From Thermoanaerobaculia bacterium (GTDB lineage Bacteria; Acidobacteriota; Thermoanaerobaculia; Multivoradales; Multivoraceae): DNA of 64,000 nt. Location of the stretch: the NCBI GenBank assembly GCA_963666565.1, contig OY762911.1, forward strand, positions 2,880,001 to 2,944,000. Reading direction: 5' to 3'. Below are positions 39,575 through 48,612 of the stretch, piece after piece. Both the position numbers and the translations under genes were made by a program. The notes beneath the pieces are model-generated. The model saw only the letters and a list, made by a program, of their open reading frames with translations. It was not told where the DNA came from and ran no database searches. The first letter of the stretch is position 1; each line of letters opens with the position of its first letter.

Positions 39575-39762
39575 ACCAGCCTGCCCGGAGCGCCGAGGGG
39601 GGCGTCGACCAGCGGGCTCGAAGCGAGCGACTCCCGAGCCCACCACGCCTTGCAAGACCGTGCCGAAGCGAGCGAAGTGAAGCGAGCGCAAACCCCTCAT
39701 CCTCTCTGTAAGCGTGAGCGGCCGATGGCCGACGCCCCCCTCGGCGTTCCGGGCAGGCGGGT
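39575..39762. mobile_element. MITE-like element with ~40-bp imperfect terminal inverted repeats
   Basis: ACCAGCCTGCCCGGAGCGCCGAGGGGGGCGTCGACCAGCGG (from 39575) pairs with the reverse complement of 39722-39762; internal GAAGCGAGCG repeats. Confidence 0.6.
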
Positions 39763-39779
39763 ACACCCCGGCAGCCCCG

Positions 39780-41258
39780 CTAGGCGACGATCTGGTGGAT
39801 CGGTTCCGCGCCTTCGACGCCGACGAGCTTCTGGTCGAGGCCGGCGTGGAAGTACGAGAGCGCGTTCGGGTCCAGGCCCAACTGCTGGAGGATCGTGGCG
39901 TGGAGGTTCTTGACGTGGAAGCGGTCGACCTCGGCGCGGTTGCCGAGTTCGTCCGTCTCGCCGACGCTGACGCCGCCCTTGATGCCGCCGCCGGCCATCC
40001 ACATCGTGAACCCGTAGGCGTTGTGGTCGCGGCCGGTCCCCTCGGCGTACTCGGCCGTGGGCTGCCGGCCGAACTCGCCGCCCCAGATGACCAGCGTGCT
40101 GTCGAGCAGGCCGCGCTGCTTCAGGTCGCGGAGCAGCCCGGCGATCGGCTGGTCCGTCCCGCCGGCGTGGTACTCGTGGTTCTTCACCAGGTCGCCGTGC
40201 GCGTCCCAGTTGTGGTCGTTGTGGTTGCCGCCCGAGTAGACCTGGATGAAGCGGACGCCGCGCTCGACCAGGCGGCGCGCCAGCAGGCAGCGCCGGCCGA
40301 AGTCCTTCGTGCGGTCCTGGTCCAGGCCGTAGAGCCGGCGCGTCTCCTCCGACTCGCCGGAGAGGTCGACCGCCTCCGGGGCGTGCTGCTGCATCCGGTA
40401 GGCGAGCTCGTAGCTGGCGATGCGGGCGGCAAGCTCGCTGTTCTCGGAGCGCGGCTCGGCGTGCTCCTCGTTGTACTCCCGCAGGCGGTCGAGCAGCCGG
40501 CGCTGCGCCTGTCGCGACATTCCCGGAGGCGGGTCGAGGGCCAGGATCGGCGTCCCGCTCGACCGGATCACGGTGCCCTGATAGCTGGCCGGCATGTAGC
40601 CGCTCGACCAGTTCTTGGCGCCGCTGATCGGTCCGCCGGTGGGGTCCAGCATGACGACGAAGCCGGGCAGGTTCTCGTTCTCGGTGCCGAGGCCGTAGTT
40701 CACCCAGGAACCGAGCGCGGGGCTGCCGGAGAGGATGCGGCCGCTGTTCATCTGGAGCATGGCCGAGCCGTGAAGCGGCGCGTCCGCGGTCATCGAGTGG
40801 ATGAAGGCGATGTCGTCCACGCAGCCGCCCAGGTTCGGGAACAGGTCGGAGACCCACTTGCCGCACTCGCCGTACTGCTTGAACTTCCACTTCGGCCCGA
40901 CCACGCGGCCCTGGTTGCGGGTGCCGCCGCGGCCCTTCGTGGCGATCTCGATCGTCTTGCCGTCGAGCGGGTAGAGATCGGGCTTGTAGTCGAAGGTGTC
41001 GACCTGGCTGGGGCCGCCGTACATGAACAGGAAGATGACCGACTTGGCGGGGCCGTCGAAGTGGGGCGGCTTCGCGGCCAGGGGGTTCTTCCAGGCGGTG
41101 GCGCCGTCGGCGGCGACGGTCTGGGCGGCGAGGAAGTCGTCGTTCGCCAGCATGCCGGCGAGCGCCACGGACGTGAAGGCGCCGCCGGCTTCCCAGAGGA
41201 ACTCGCGCCGGGTCCGGCCGCAGAAGGTGTTGCGTGGGCGTTCGGTTTCGCGGGTCAT
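39780..41258 (-). CDS. DUF1501 family protein (sulfatase-like, Tat signal)
   Basis: RREFL Tat motif, AKSVIFLFMYGGPSQVDTFDYKP, PALGSWVNYGLG, ARRLVERGVRF, WDAH, GGEFGR, GRDHN. Confidence 0.9.
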   Translation of the reverse strand: MTRETERPRNTFCGRTRREFLWEAGGAFTSVALAGMLANDDFLAAQTVAADGATAWKNPLAAKPPHFDGPAKSVIFLFMYGGPSQVDTFDYKPDLYPLDGKTIEIATKGRGGTRNQGRVVGPKWKFKQYGECGKWVSDLFPNLGGCVDDIAFIHSMTADAPLHGSAMLQMNSGRILSGSPALGSWVNYGLGTENENLPGFVVMLDPTGGPISGAKNWSSGYMPASYQGTVIRSSGTPILALDPPPGMSRQAQRRLLDRLREYNEEHAEPRSENSELAARIASYELAYRMQQHAPEAVDLSGESEETRRLYGLDQDRTKDFGRRCLLARRLVERGVRFIQVYSGGNHNDHNWDAHGDLVKNHEYHAGGTDQPIAGLLRDLKQRGLLDSTLVIWGGEFGRQPTAEYAEGTGRDHNAYGFTMWMAGGGIKGGVSVGETDELGNRAEVDRFHVKNLHATILQQLGLDPNALSYFHAGLDQKLVGVEGAEPIHQIVA

Positions 41259-41296
41259 CGTTCCGCTCCTTTCGACTCGACGGTCGAGGCGGTTTC

Positions 41297-43642
41297 TCAA
41301 TCCAGATAGGCGAACTCGTTCAGATTCAACAGCAGGAGGGAGTAGCTGGCGAACGCGGCGGAGGAGTCGAAGCCCTCCTCCCGCCGCAGCTCCTCGATCA
41401 GGCCGACGCCGCGGGCCACTTCGACCGGGCGCGCCCGCCGGGCCAGCACGGCCTCGAGCGCGCCGGAGACCCGGTCTTCCAGCGCGCCCCCGGCGCCGTC
41501 GACGCTCGCCGCCAGCGCCGCCGCCTGTTCGCTCATGAACTCGCCGTTCAGCATCATCAGCGCCTGGGTCGGCTGGGTCGTCGTGAAGCGAACCGGGCAG
41601 GTCGAGTCCGTGTCGGCCATGTCGAGACTCTCGAGCAGCGGATGGAGCAGCGACCGCTTGACGTGGATGTAGACGCTGCGCCGGGATGCCTGCTCCGTCG
41701 TCGCTTCGCCCCAGGCCGCGTCGGGACGCGAGGCGGTCGCCAGAACCTCTTCCGGCATCGGCGGATAGACGCTGGGGCCGCCGAGTTCCAGGTTGAGCCG
41801 GCCGCTCGCGGCGAGGACGGAGTCCCGGATCTCTTCGGCGGTGAGCCGCCTCATGTTGAAGCGGCTGAACAGGTCGTTGCCGGGATCGGCTTCGAGCGCT
41901 CCGTCGGGCGGGCGCGAGGACATCCGGTAGGCCCGGCTGGTCATCATCAGCCGGTGCATCGACTTGAGACTCCAGTCGCGCTCCGTGAACTCGGTCGCCA
42001 GCCAGTCGAGCAGATCGGGATGGGTGGCCGGTTCGCCGAAGCGGCCCAGGTCGTTCGGCGTCGGCGACAGGCCGCGGCCGAAGTGGTATTGCCAGAGCCG
42101 GTTCGCCATCACCCGGGAGGTGCGCAGGTTGCCCTTGTCGGCGATCCACCGGGCCAGGGCGTGGCGGCGGCCGGTCGTGGGGGAGTCGGCCGCGGCCGGT
42201 TCGAGCCCGGGGTCGCCGTCGCCGAGGATGAGCGGGAAGCCGGGCTCGACCCGTTCGGCCGGCGCGTGCGGGTTGCCGCGAATGAGGACGTGGGTCGGCG
42301 GCGCTTCCGGGCCGATCTCCTTGACCCGCAGCACCTGGATGAGGTTCGCCGGGCCCCAGTCCGCCGGCAGGCTGGAAACGCCGGCGTCGCCCAGGTTCGC
42401 CGGGATCCAGTCCGTGTAGTTCCTGGGCGTCGGCTGGTTGCCGCCGCCGACCTTGTAGGGAGCGATGCCGCGGAAGAACGACAGCATCCGGTAGTAGTCG
42501 GTCTGCGGGATCGGGTCGCCGCGGTGGTTGTGGCAGCGCGCGCAGCCGATCGACATGCCGAGCATGACGCGGGAGGTCGTGTCGAGCACCGAGTCCAGGT
42601 CGTCGTACTGCGCGAGTTCCGTGTCCGTCGGCTCGTCGTCCCAGATGCCGAGCCGCAGGTAGCCGGTGGCGACGATCGACGCCGTCGTGGGCTCGTCGAG
42701 TTCGTCGCCGGCGAGCTGGTGGGTCAGGAACTCGTCGTAGGGCATGTCCGCGTTCAGGGCGTCGATCACCCAGTCGCGGTAGCGCCACGCGGAGGGCTTC
42801 TTGCGGTCGCGCTCGTAGCCGTCGGTCTCCGCGTAGCGGACGAGGTCGAGCCAGTGCCGGCCCCAGCGCTCGCCGTAGTGGGGCGAGGCCAGCAGGCGGT
42901 CGATCAGGCGTTCCCAGGCGTCGGGACGCTGGTCCCTCTCGAAGGCCTCGACGTCCGCGAGGGTCGGCGGCAGGCCGGTCAGGTCGTAGCTCGCGCGGCG
43001 GATCAGGGTGCGGCGGTCGGCTGCAGGGGGCGGTTCGAGGCCGGCCGCCTCGATGCGGGCGAGCAGGAAGTTGTCGATCGGGTTGAGCGGCCATTCCGCG
43101 TCCGCCACGGCGGGGACGTCCGGGCGCTCCAGCGGTCGCACGGACCACCAGGCCCGGTCGGCGTCGGTGATCTCGTACTCGTCGCCGGCCGGCGCGACCT
43201 CCGTGAGCTCGTCCTCGTCGCCTCCGAACGGGGCGCCGAGCTGGATCCACTGTCGGATCGCGTCGAGATCGGCGTCGGCCAGACGGCCCGAGGGCGGCAT
43301 CTGCAACTGTTCGTCCTCGTACTCGACCGCGTGCAGGAGCAGGCTCAGGACGGGCTCGGAGGTGGAGATGGCCGGTCCCCGTTCGCCGCCGCGGAGCAGT
43401 CCGGCCCTGGTGGTCAGCAGCAGGCCGTTCTCGGCGCGCTCCGGGTCGGAATGGCACATGAAGCAGTTCCGCTCCAGCACGGGCCGGACGTTCTCCTCGA
43501 ACAGCTTGATGCCGTCGGCCGGCGTCTGGGCGGTCTGCGCGCCCGCCGACGCCGCCGTCAGCAGGGCGAGCGCCGCCGCGGCGCCCGACCTGGCGACGGG
43601 CCGCGTCCGCTGCGCCGATGGAGGCATGCTGCGCGCGATCAT
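41297..43642 (-). CDS. PSD1/planctomycete cytochrome c domain protein (DUF1549/DUF1553)
   Basis: CFMCH and CARCH heme motifs, NPIDNF, HYGERWGRHWLDLVRYAET, NRLWQYHFGRGL, HPDLLDWLA, LLNLNEF. Start at 43642 or 43627. Confidence 0.9.
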   Translation of the reverse strand: MIARSMPPSAQRTRPVARSGAAAALALLTAASAGAQTAQTPADGIKLFEENVRPVLERNCFMCHSDPERAENGLLLTTRAGLLRGGERGPAISTSEPVLSLLLHAVEYEDEQLQMPPSGRLADADLDAIRQWIQLGAPFGGDEDELTEVAPAGDEYEITDADRAWWSVRPLERPDVPAVADAEWPLNPIDNFLLARIEAAGLEPPPAADRRTLIRRASYDLTGLPPTLADVEAFERDQRPDAWERLIDRLLASPHYGERWGRHWLDLVRYAETDGYERDRKKPSAWRYRDWVIDALNADMPYDEFLTHQLAGDELDEPTTASIVATGYLRLGIWDDEPTDTELAQYDDLDSVLDTTSRVMLGMSIGCARCHNHRGDPIPQTDYYRMLSFFRGIAPYKVGGGNQPTPRNYTDWIPANLGDAGVSSLPADWGPANLIQVLRVKEIGPEAPPTHVLIRGNPHAPAERVEPGFPLILGDGDPGLEPAAADSPTTGRRHALARWIADKGNLRTSRVMANRLWQYHFGRGLSPTPNDLGRFGEPATHPDLLDWLATEFTERDWSLKSMHRLMMTSRAYRMSSRPPDGALEADPGNDLFSRFNMRRLTAEEIRDSVLAASGRLNLELGGPSVYPPMPEEVLATASRPDAAWGEATTEQASRRSVYIHVKRSLLHPLLESLDMADTDSTCPVRFTTTQPTQALMMLNGEFMSEQAAALAASVDGAGGALEDRVSGALEAVLARRARPVEVARGVGLIEELRREEGFDSSAAFASYSLLLLNLNEFAYLD

Positions 43643-43675
43643 ACCGCGCCCGGAGAACCGCACGGCGTCCCTCCG

Positions 43676-43701
43676 CTGGGTGCGCGGGTCTTCTGACCCG
43701 C
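43676..43701 (+). repeat. Single REP-like copy followed by a partial core
   Basis: CTGGGTGCGCGGGTCTTCTGACCCGC. Confidence 0.85.
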
Positions 43702-43797
43702 CCAAGCGCGGCGCCGCGGAGCGGCGCAGCCCGCCGGCTCCCGAGAAGAACGCGCCGCGCAGCGGCGACCGCTGCGCCGGGTAAGCTCCGGTGCGGT

Positions 43798-44691
43798 TTG
43801 GCCCAGCACAGACACGGCGCTCTGCCTGCGCCGCATGACGCGACCGCGACGCTGCTCCTGAGTTGCGACGACGCGGTCGGCCTCATCGCCTCCGTCACCG
43901 GGTTCGTCAACGAGCACGGGGGCATCATCTGCTCGTCCGAGACCCACCGCGACGAGGAACTCGGCAAGTTCTTCCAGCGCCTGGAGTTCGAGATCGACCG
44001 CTTCGACCTCGACCGGGAAACGATCCAGCCGTCGATCGAATTGACGATCGGGGATCACGTGTCGGTCAGGAGCCACATCGCCTTCTCGGACGAGGAGCAG
44101 CGGGTGGCGGTGCTGGCCTCGAAGCCGGCGCATTGCCTGCACGACCTGCTGTCGCGCTGGCGGCTGGGCGAGTTGCCGGGGCGGCCGGTCTGCGTCATCA
44201 GCAACCACCCGGATCACGCGGCGGAAGCGGAGTACAACGGGCTGCCGTACCACTGCCTGCCGGTGACGCCCGAGACCCGCGGCGAGCAGGAAGGGCGGAT
44301 GATCGAGATTCTGGAGGAGGCGAAGGTCGATCTGATCGTGCTGGCGCGCTACATGCAGATCCTCTCGCCGCGGTTCCTCGATCGCTTCCCGAACCGGATC
44401 ATCAACATCCACCACTCCTTCCTGCCGGCGTTCCCGGGCGGCAGGCCGTACCGGCAGGCCTACGTGCGCGGCGTCAAGGTCGTCGGCGCCACCGCGCACT
44501 ACGCGACCGCCGACCTGGACCAGGGACCGATCATCGAGCAGGACGTCACCCGCGTCAGCCACCGCGACTCGGTGACCACCCTCGCGCGCCGCGGCAAGGA
44601 CCTCGAACGCGTCGTCCTCGCCCGCGCCGTCCAGGCGCACCTGGAGCACCGCGTCCTCGTCGTGGAGAACCGCGCGATCGTCTTCGGCTAG
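43798..44691 (+). CDS. purU: Formyltetrahydrofolate deformylase
   Basis: N-terminal ACT domain, HCLHDLL, VISNH, VLARYMQILS, INIHHSFLPAF.G..PY.QA, GATAHY..DLDQGPIIEQ. Start approximate. Confidence 0.93.
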   Translation: MAQHRHGALPAPHDATATLLLSCDDAVGLIASVTGFVNEHGGIICSSETHRDEELGKFFQRLEFEIDRFDLDRETIQPSIELTIGDHVSVRSHIAFSDEEQRVAVLASKPAHCLHDLLSRWRLGELPGRPVCVISNHPDHAAEAEYNGLPYHCLPVTPETRGEQEGRMIEILEEAKVDLIVLARYMQILSPRFLDRFPNRIINIHHSFLPAFPGGRPYRQAYVRGVKVVGATAHYATADLDQGPIIEQDVTRVSHRDSVTTLARRGKDLERVVLARAVQAHLEHRVLVVENRAIVFG

Positions 44692-44700
44692 CCGGGTGCA

Positions 44701-44928
44701 CTGGGTGCGCGGGTCTTCCGCTGGGTGCGCGGGTCTTCCGACCCGCATGCCGCCGAAGGCGGCGGGAGAAACGTCGCCGGCCTTTGGCCGGCGGCCTTGT
44801 TGTCCGGGCTGCGCCTCGCGCGACTTCTTGTCGACGTGCGCTCGAACTTCTCCTTCGCCATGAGGTTGCTCCTGCTATCTCGCTTCGCGGCTTCGCCAGC
44901 GAGCGGGTCAGAAGACCCGCGCACCCAG
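44701..44928. repeat. REPIN-like element with a 20-bp tandem duplication of its left end and a ~60-bp foreign insert
   Basis: Same arms and core as the 33292 copy, with extra sequence at about 44815-44883. Confidence 0.88.
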
Positions 44929-46764
44929 CTACTGCTCGGCGCAGGCGGCCCGCAACTGTCGGGAGGCTTGGGCGAACGCCGGATTGTCGGCGGCGAAGCG
45001 GCGGCCATCGTCGAGGAGCGCCGTGGCCTCTTCGCAGCGGTCGGTCCGGGCAAGGATGGCGGCGAGGCGGAGCCGCGCCAGCGTGAAGTCGGGGCGAACG
45101 GCCAGAGTGGCGGCGAAAGCGCGGGCGGCTTCTTCCGGGCGCCGAAGGTCGAGCAGGACCATGCCGAGGACGAAGCTGGTCTGGGGTTCCGTCGGGTCGA
45201 GGCGCTGGGCCGTGCGGAGCTCCCGCGCGGCGTCGGCGAGGCGCCGCTCGATGGCGAGGACGCCGCCAAGTTCGGTTCGCAGGCGAGCCTCTTCGGCGGC
45301 GGGGAACCGCGTGGAGCGAAGGCCCCGTTCCAGGCCGGTCCGGGCTTCGCGCAGCCGGTTCTGCTGCCGCAACACGACGCTCAGCGCCTGCAGGGCGGCG
45401 GCGTCCGACGGGGCGGCGGCGACTCGCGCGTTCAGGATGTCCAGGGCCTCGGCCGGCCGGCCGGACGCGGCGAGGGCGGCGGCGCGCCGGGTCGGCGCCT
45501 CGGCGTAGGCGGGATCGAGCGCCAGGACGCGGTCGTAGCGCTCCAGCGCCTGCGTGGGGCGGCCCGCCCGGTCGAGGAGCAGCGCGAGCTGATAGTGGGC
45601 CTGCTTGTAGTCGGGCGCGAGCTCCGTCGCGCGGGTCAGACGCCGGATCGCTTCGTCCGATCGGCCGAGGGTGGCGAGGAGCTGTCCCAACTCGAAGTGC
45701 GCCGGCGCCTGGTCCGGGTGGAGAGCCAGCAGCTCTTCGTAGGCGGCTTCGGCTTCGTCGAACTGGCCGGCGTCGACCTGGGCCAGCGCCAGGTGCTTGC
45801 GCGCCTCCAGGTTCGTCGGATCCGCCTCGATGGCGCGGCCGAATACGGTCGCCGCGGCAGCGAACTCGCCGGCCTGCACCGCGATCAGACCCTGCTGGAC
45901 GAGAGCGGCGCTGCCGGTGGGCAGGTAGGCGAGTTCCCGGACCAGCGGGTCGTCGAAGGGGAAGTCGGTGTGGCTTGCCCGGGCGAGGTGCTCGGCCGCG
46001 CGGTCTTCGTCGCCCAGGCGGCGCCAGGCCATGGCGAGCGCATAGTGTCCGCGGCCCGCGCCGGGCTCGGCGGCGACGGCGCGCTCCAGGTAGTCGGCGG
46101 CGGTCTCGGCGTCGCCGCGGTCGAGTGCGAGTGTCCCGAGTCCGTACAGGGCCGGCGCGAACTCGGGCCGCAGTTCCAGCGCGCGGTTCCACAGGGCGGC
46201 CGCCTCTTCGGGCTGGCCGCGCTCGGCCTCCGATTGGGCGAGGCGCTGGATCGCCGGCACCAGGTCGGGCTCGATCGCCAGCGCGGCGCGGTAGGAGGCG
46301 GCCGCAGCCTCGTGGTCGCCGCGGGTTTCCTCGCCGAAGCCACGGAGGTAGGGCCAGCGATGGTCGGATGCGTCGAGTCGCTGTGCTTCCCGGTAGCAGG
46401 CTTCGGCCGCCTCGAGCGCGGTGAAGGCGTGGCTGTCCAGCAGTTGCACGCCGTGGTAGAGCTTGCCAAGTTCGCCGACCGCGGCCGCCAGTTCGGGGCC
46501 GGCGGCGCCGGCGTCCTCAAGCGAGCGGACCCGGCGTTCCAGGCTGGCGATCTGGCCGCGGACCGCCGGATCGTGGGCTTCGTAGCTGGAGGGGAGCGGC
46601 AGGCGCTCGGCTGCGCCGCAGGCGAGGAGGGGCAGCAGAACGACGTGGATGGCATGGGTCGCCAAGACGGCGCCGACCTTGCGGTCGGCAGGATTTCCCG
46701 GCCGCCTGCGGCGGCAGCGGGTCGGAAGACCCGCGCACCCGGCGCCACGGCGTTGTTGCTTCAT
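44929..46764 (-). CDS. TPR-repeat lipoprotein (partner of the ASPIC/UnbV protein)
   Basis: Lipobox LLLAC-like (LPLLAC), AEACYREA, RWPYLRG, many TPRs, FDDPL; ATGA overlap with the upstream gene. Start uncertain. Confidence 0.8.
   Translation of the reverse strand: MKQQRRGAGCAGLPTRCRRRRPGNPADRKVGAVLATHAIHVVLLPLLACGAAERLPLPSSYEAHDPAVRGQIASLERRVRSLEDAGAAGPELAAAVGELGKLYHGVQLLDSHAFTALEAAEACYREAQRLDASDHRWPYLRGFGEETRGDHEAAAASYRAALAIEPDLVPAIQRLAQSEAERGQPEEAAALWNRALELRPEFAPALYGLGTLALDRGDAETAADYLERAVAAEPGAGRGHYALAMAWRRLGDEDRAAEHLARASHTDFPFDDPLVRELAYLPTGSAALVQQGLIAVQAGEFAAAATVFGRAIEADPTNLEARKHLALAQVDAGQFDEAEAAYEELLALHPDQAPAHFELGQLLATLGRSDEAIRRLTRATELAPDYKQAHYQLALLLDRAGRPTQALERYDRVLALDPAYAEAPTRRAAALAASGRPAEALDILNARVAAAPSDAAALQALSVVLRQQNRLREARTGLERGLRSTRFPAAEEARLRTELGGVLAIERRLADAARELRTAQRLDPTEPQTSFVLGMVLLDLRRPEEAARAFAATLAVRPDFTLARLRLAAILARTDRCEEATALLDDGRRFAADNPAFAQASRQLRAACAEQ
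46717..46742 (-). repeat. REP-like copy inside the 5' end of the TPR gene
   Basis: GCGGGTCGGAAGACCCGCGCACCCGG. Confidence 0.85.
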
Positions 46765-48554
46765 CGTTCGCCTTCGCCCTGCCGGAGCTCGTGGTAGGCG
46801 CCGGGTGGAAGCGCGCCGAAGGACTCTTCGGCGCCGGCTAGCCAGTCGACGCGGATGTCCTCGATGGTGGCGTCGCCGAGGCCGATCAGCACCCGCGGAT
46901 CGCTGGACGAGGCGTAGCTCATCGCCGCGCGGACCCGGCGCGCGAGCGCCCGGCCGTCGGTGAGCCGCACCCGGACCAGGCTGCCGAGGGCGTCCCGGTT
47001 GCCGCCGGCGGTCACGAGCCGGAGGCCGATCCAGCCGTTGTCCTGGCCGACCAGGTTCACCAGCAGCCTCGCCGGTCCGCCGTTGTTCGTGACGAGCACG
47101 TCCGTGTCGCCGTCGTTGTCGACGTCGCCGAATGCGGCGCCGCGGGAGACCTCGTAGGCGGCGAAGACCGGTCCGCCGAGCGCGGAGGCATCCTCGAAGC
47201 GGCCGTCGCCGAGATTGCGGAAGAGCTGGTTCGGTTGGCCGAAGCGGCGCTCGTGTTCGGTGGCCGCGGCCGTGCGCGCGGCGGCCCTGTCGCCCGAGCG
47301 GGCGCGGTCCAGGCGCCGCACGGCGCCGTTCACCGCGAGGAGATCGAGGTCGCCGTCGTTGTCGAAGTCGAACCAGCCGGCGCCGAAGCCGGTCATCGGC
47401 AGGCTGGGCGCGTCCAGGCCCGCGGGAACGCCGGCATCGGCGAACAGGGCGTCGCCTTCGTTCACGTAGAGGGTGCTCGTCTCGCCCGTGATGTGGGTCA
47501 CGTAGAGGTCCTCGTCGCCGTCTCCGTCGAGGTCGCCGGCGTCGACGCCCATGCCCGCCTCCGGTTCGCCCCGGCGGTTGACGGCCGAGCCGCCGAAGAA
47601 CGCGCGGTTCTCGAAGCGGCCGTCGCCGAGGTTCATCCACATCTGGTTCGCCGTGCCGTCGTTGGCCACGTAGAGATCGAGCCGGCCGTCGAGATCCAGA
47701 TCGGCCGGCACGGCGCCGAGGCCGTTGCCGAATTCGGCCGCGAGGCCGGCGCGGTCCGTGGACTCCTCGAAGCGCCCGTTGCCGTCGTTGCGGAACAGGC
47801 GGTCCGGCTCGGCGCGGTAGGTCTTCGGGCTGCAGTAGTCCGGCTCGCCGCTGCCGAAGGTGCAGAGCGTGTGGCTGCCGAGATTGAAGTCGACGTAGTT
47901 GCCGACGAACAGGTCGAGCGCTCCGTCCGCGTCGTAGTCGAAGAACGCGGCGGGAACGCTCCATCGCGGGTCGTCGGCGCGGGCAGCCGCTGTCGCGTCT
48001 TCGAATCGGCCGCCGCCCGCGTTGCGCCAGAGCTGGTTGGGGCCCAGGTTCGTGACGTAGAGGTCAACGTGGCCGTCCCCGTCGAAGTCCCCGGCGGCGA
48101 CGCCCATGCCGTAGCCGGTGGCGTCGATGCCGGACTGCTCCGTTGCATCGACAAAGCGAAGTTCGCCTGTTTCGGCCAGTTCGTTTCGGAACAGGCGGTC
48201 GCGAGCGGGGGAGTCGGCGGCGGCACTCCGGGCGCCCGCGGTGCCCGGGTTCAGCGGGCCGCCTTGCACCAGGTATGCGTCGAGATCGCCGTCGCCGTCG
48301 GCGTCGAACAACGCCGCGCCCGAGCCCATGATCTCGGGCAACAGGAACCGGCCGCCGGCGGCGTTCCGGTGCTGGAAGACCAGGCCGACTTCGGCGGCGC
48401 TCTCTTCAAGGGCCGCCGGCGTCGCCGGCGCGGCAGCGGGCGTGTCCGTACTCACCGGTTCCTCCACGAGGCCGATTCGTGGGTCTTCTGCGCAGTTGAG
48501 GATCCCGGCCGTACAGATCAGGACCGTGACGAGCGGGCGGGGCGTTGGCGGCAT
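46761..48554 (-). CDS. CRTAC1/ASPIC-UnbV family FG-GAP repeat protein
   Basis: PEIMGSGAALFDADGDGDLD, repeated D.D.DG.D motifs, SRGAAFGDVDNDGDTD, SYASSSDPRV.GLG. Confidence 0.9.
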   Translation of the reverse strand: MPPTPRPLVTVLICTAGILNCAEDPRIGLVEEPVSTDTPAAAPATPAALEESAAEVGLVFQHRNAAGGRFLLPEIMGSGAALFDADGDGDLDAYLVQGGPLNPGTAGARSAAADSPARDRLFRNELAETGELRFVDATEQSGIDATGYGMGVAAGDFDGDGHVDLYVTNLGPNQLWRNAGGGRFEDATAAARADDPRWSVPAAFFDYDADGALDLFVGNYVDFNLGSHTLCTFGSGEPDYCSPKTYRAEPDRLFRNDGNGRFEESTDRAGLAAEFGNGLGAVPADLDLDGRLDLYVANDGTANQMWMNLGDGRFENRAFFGGSAVNRRGEPEAGMGVDAGDLDGDGDEDLYVTHITGETSTLYVNEGDALFADAGVPAGLDAPSLPMTGFGAGWFDFDNDGDLDLLAVNGAVRRLDRARSGDRAAARTAAATEHERRFGQPNQLFRNLGDGRFEDASALGGPVFAAYEVSRGAAFGDVDNDGDTDVLVTNNGGPARLLVNLVGQDNGWIGLRLVTAGGNRDALGSLVRVRLTDGRALARRVRAAMSYASSSDPRVLIGLGDATIEDIRVDWLAGAEESFGALPPGAYHELRQGEGER

Positions 48555-48580
48555 CCTACGGAGTGTATGGAGCGGGAACG

Positions 48581-48612
48581 AGAAAGGGGAGAGAGCCGAA
48601 GCCCTCTCCCCT
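48581..48612 (-). terminator. Rho-independent terminator after TonB-dependent receptor 1
   Basis: Minus strand AGGGGAGAGGGC-TTCG-GCTCTCTCCCCT followed by TTCT. Confidence 0.75.

Noticed and set aside
39780-43967. 1395-aa ORF as a DUF1501 fusion
   Set aside because: The N-terminal part is an alternative frame of the PSD1 gene; the real gene starts at 41258 with a Tat motif.
44835-44861. A functional or degraded full tuf gene at this site
   Set aside because: Only nine codons match and no other EF-Tu sequence or ribosomal operon context is present; treated as a captured fragment.
44929-47964. 1011-aa ORF as one protein
   Set aside because: Upstream of 46764 it overlaps the ASPIC/UnbV gene in another frame and is low-complexity Arg/Pro/Gly.
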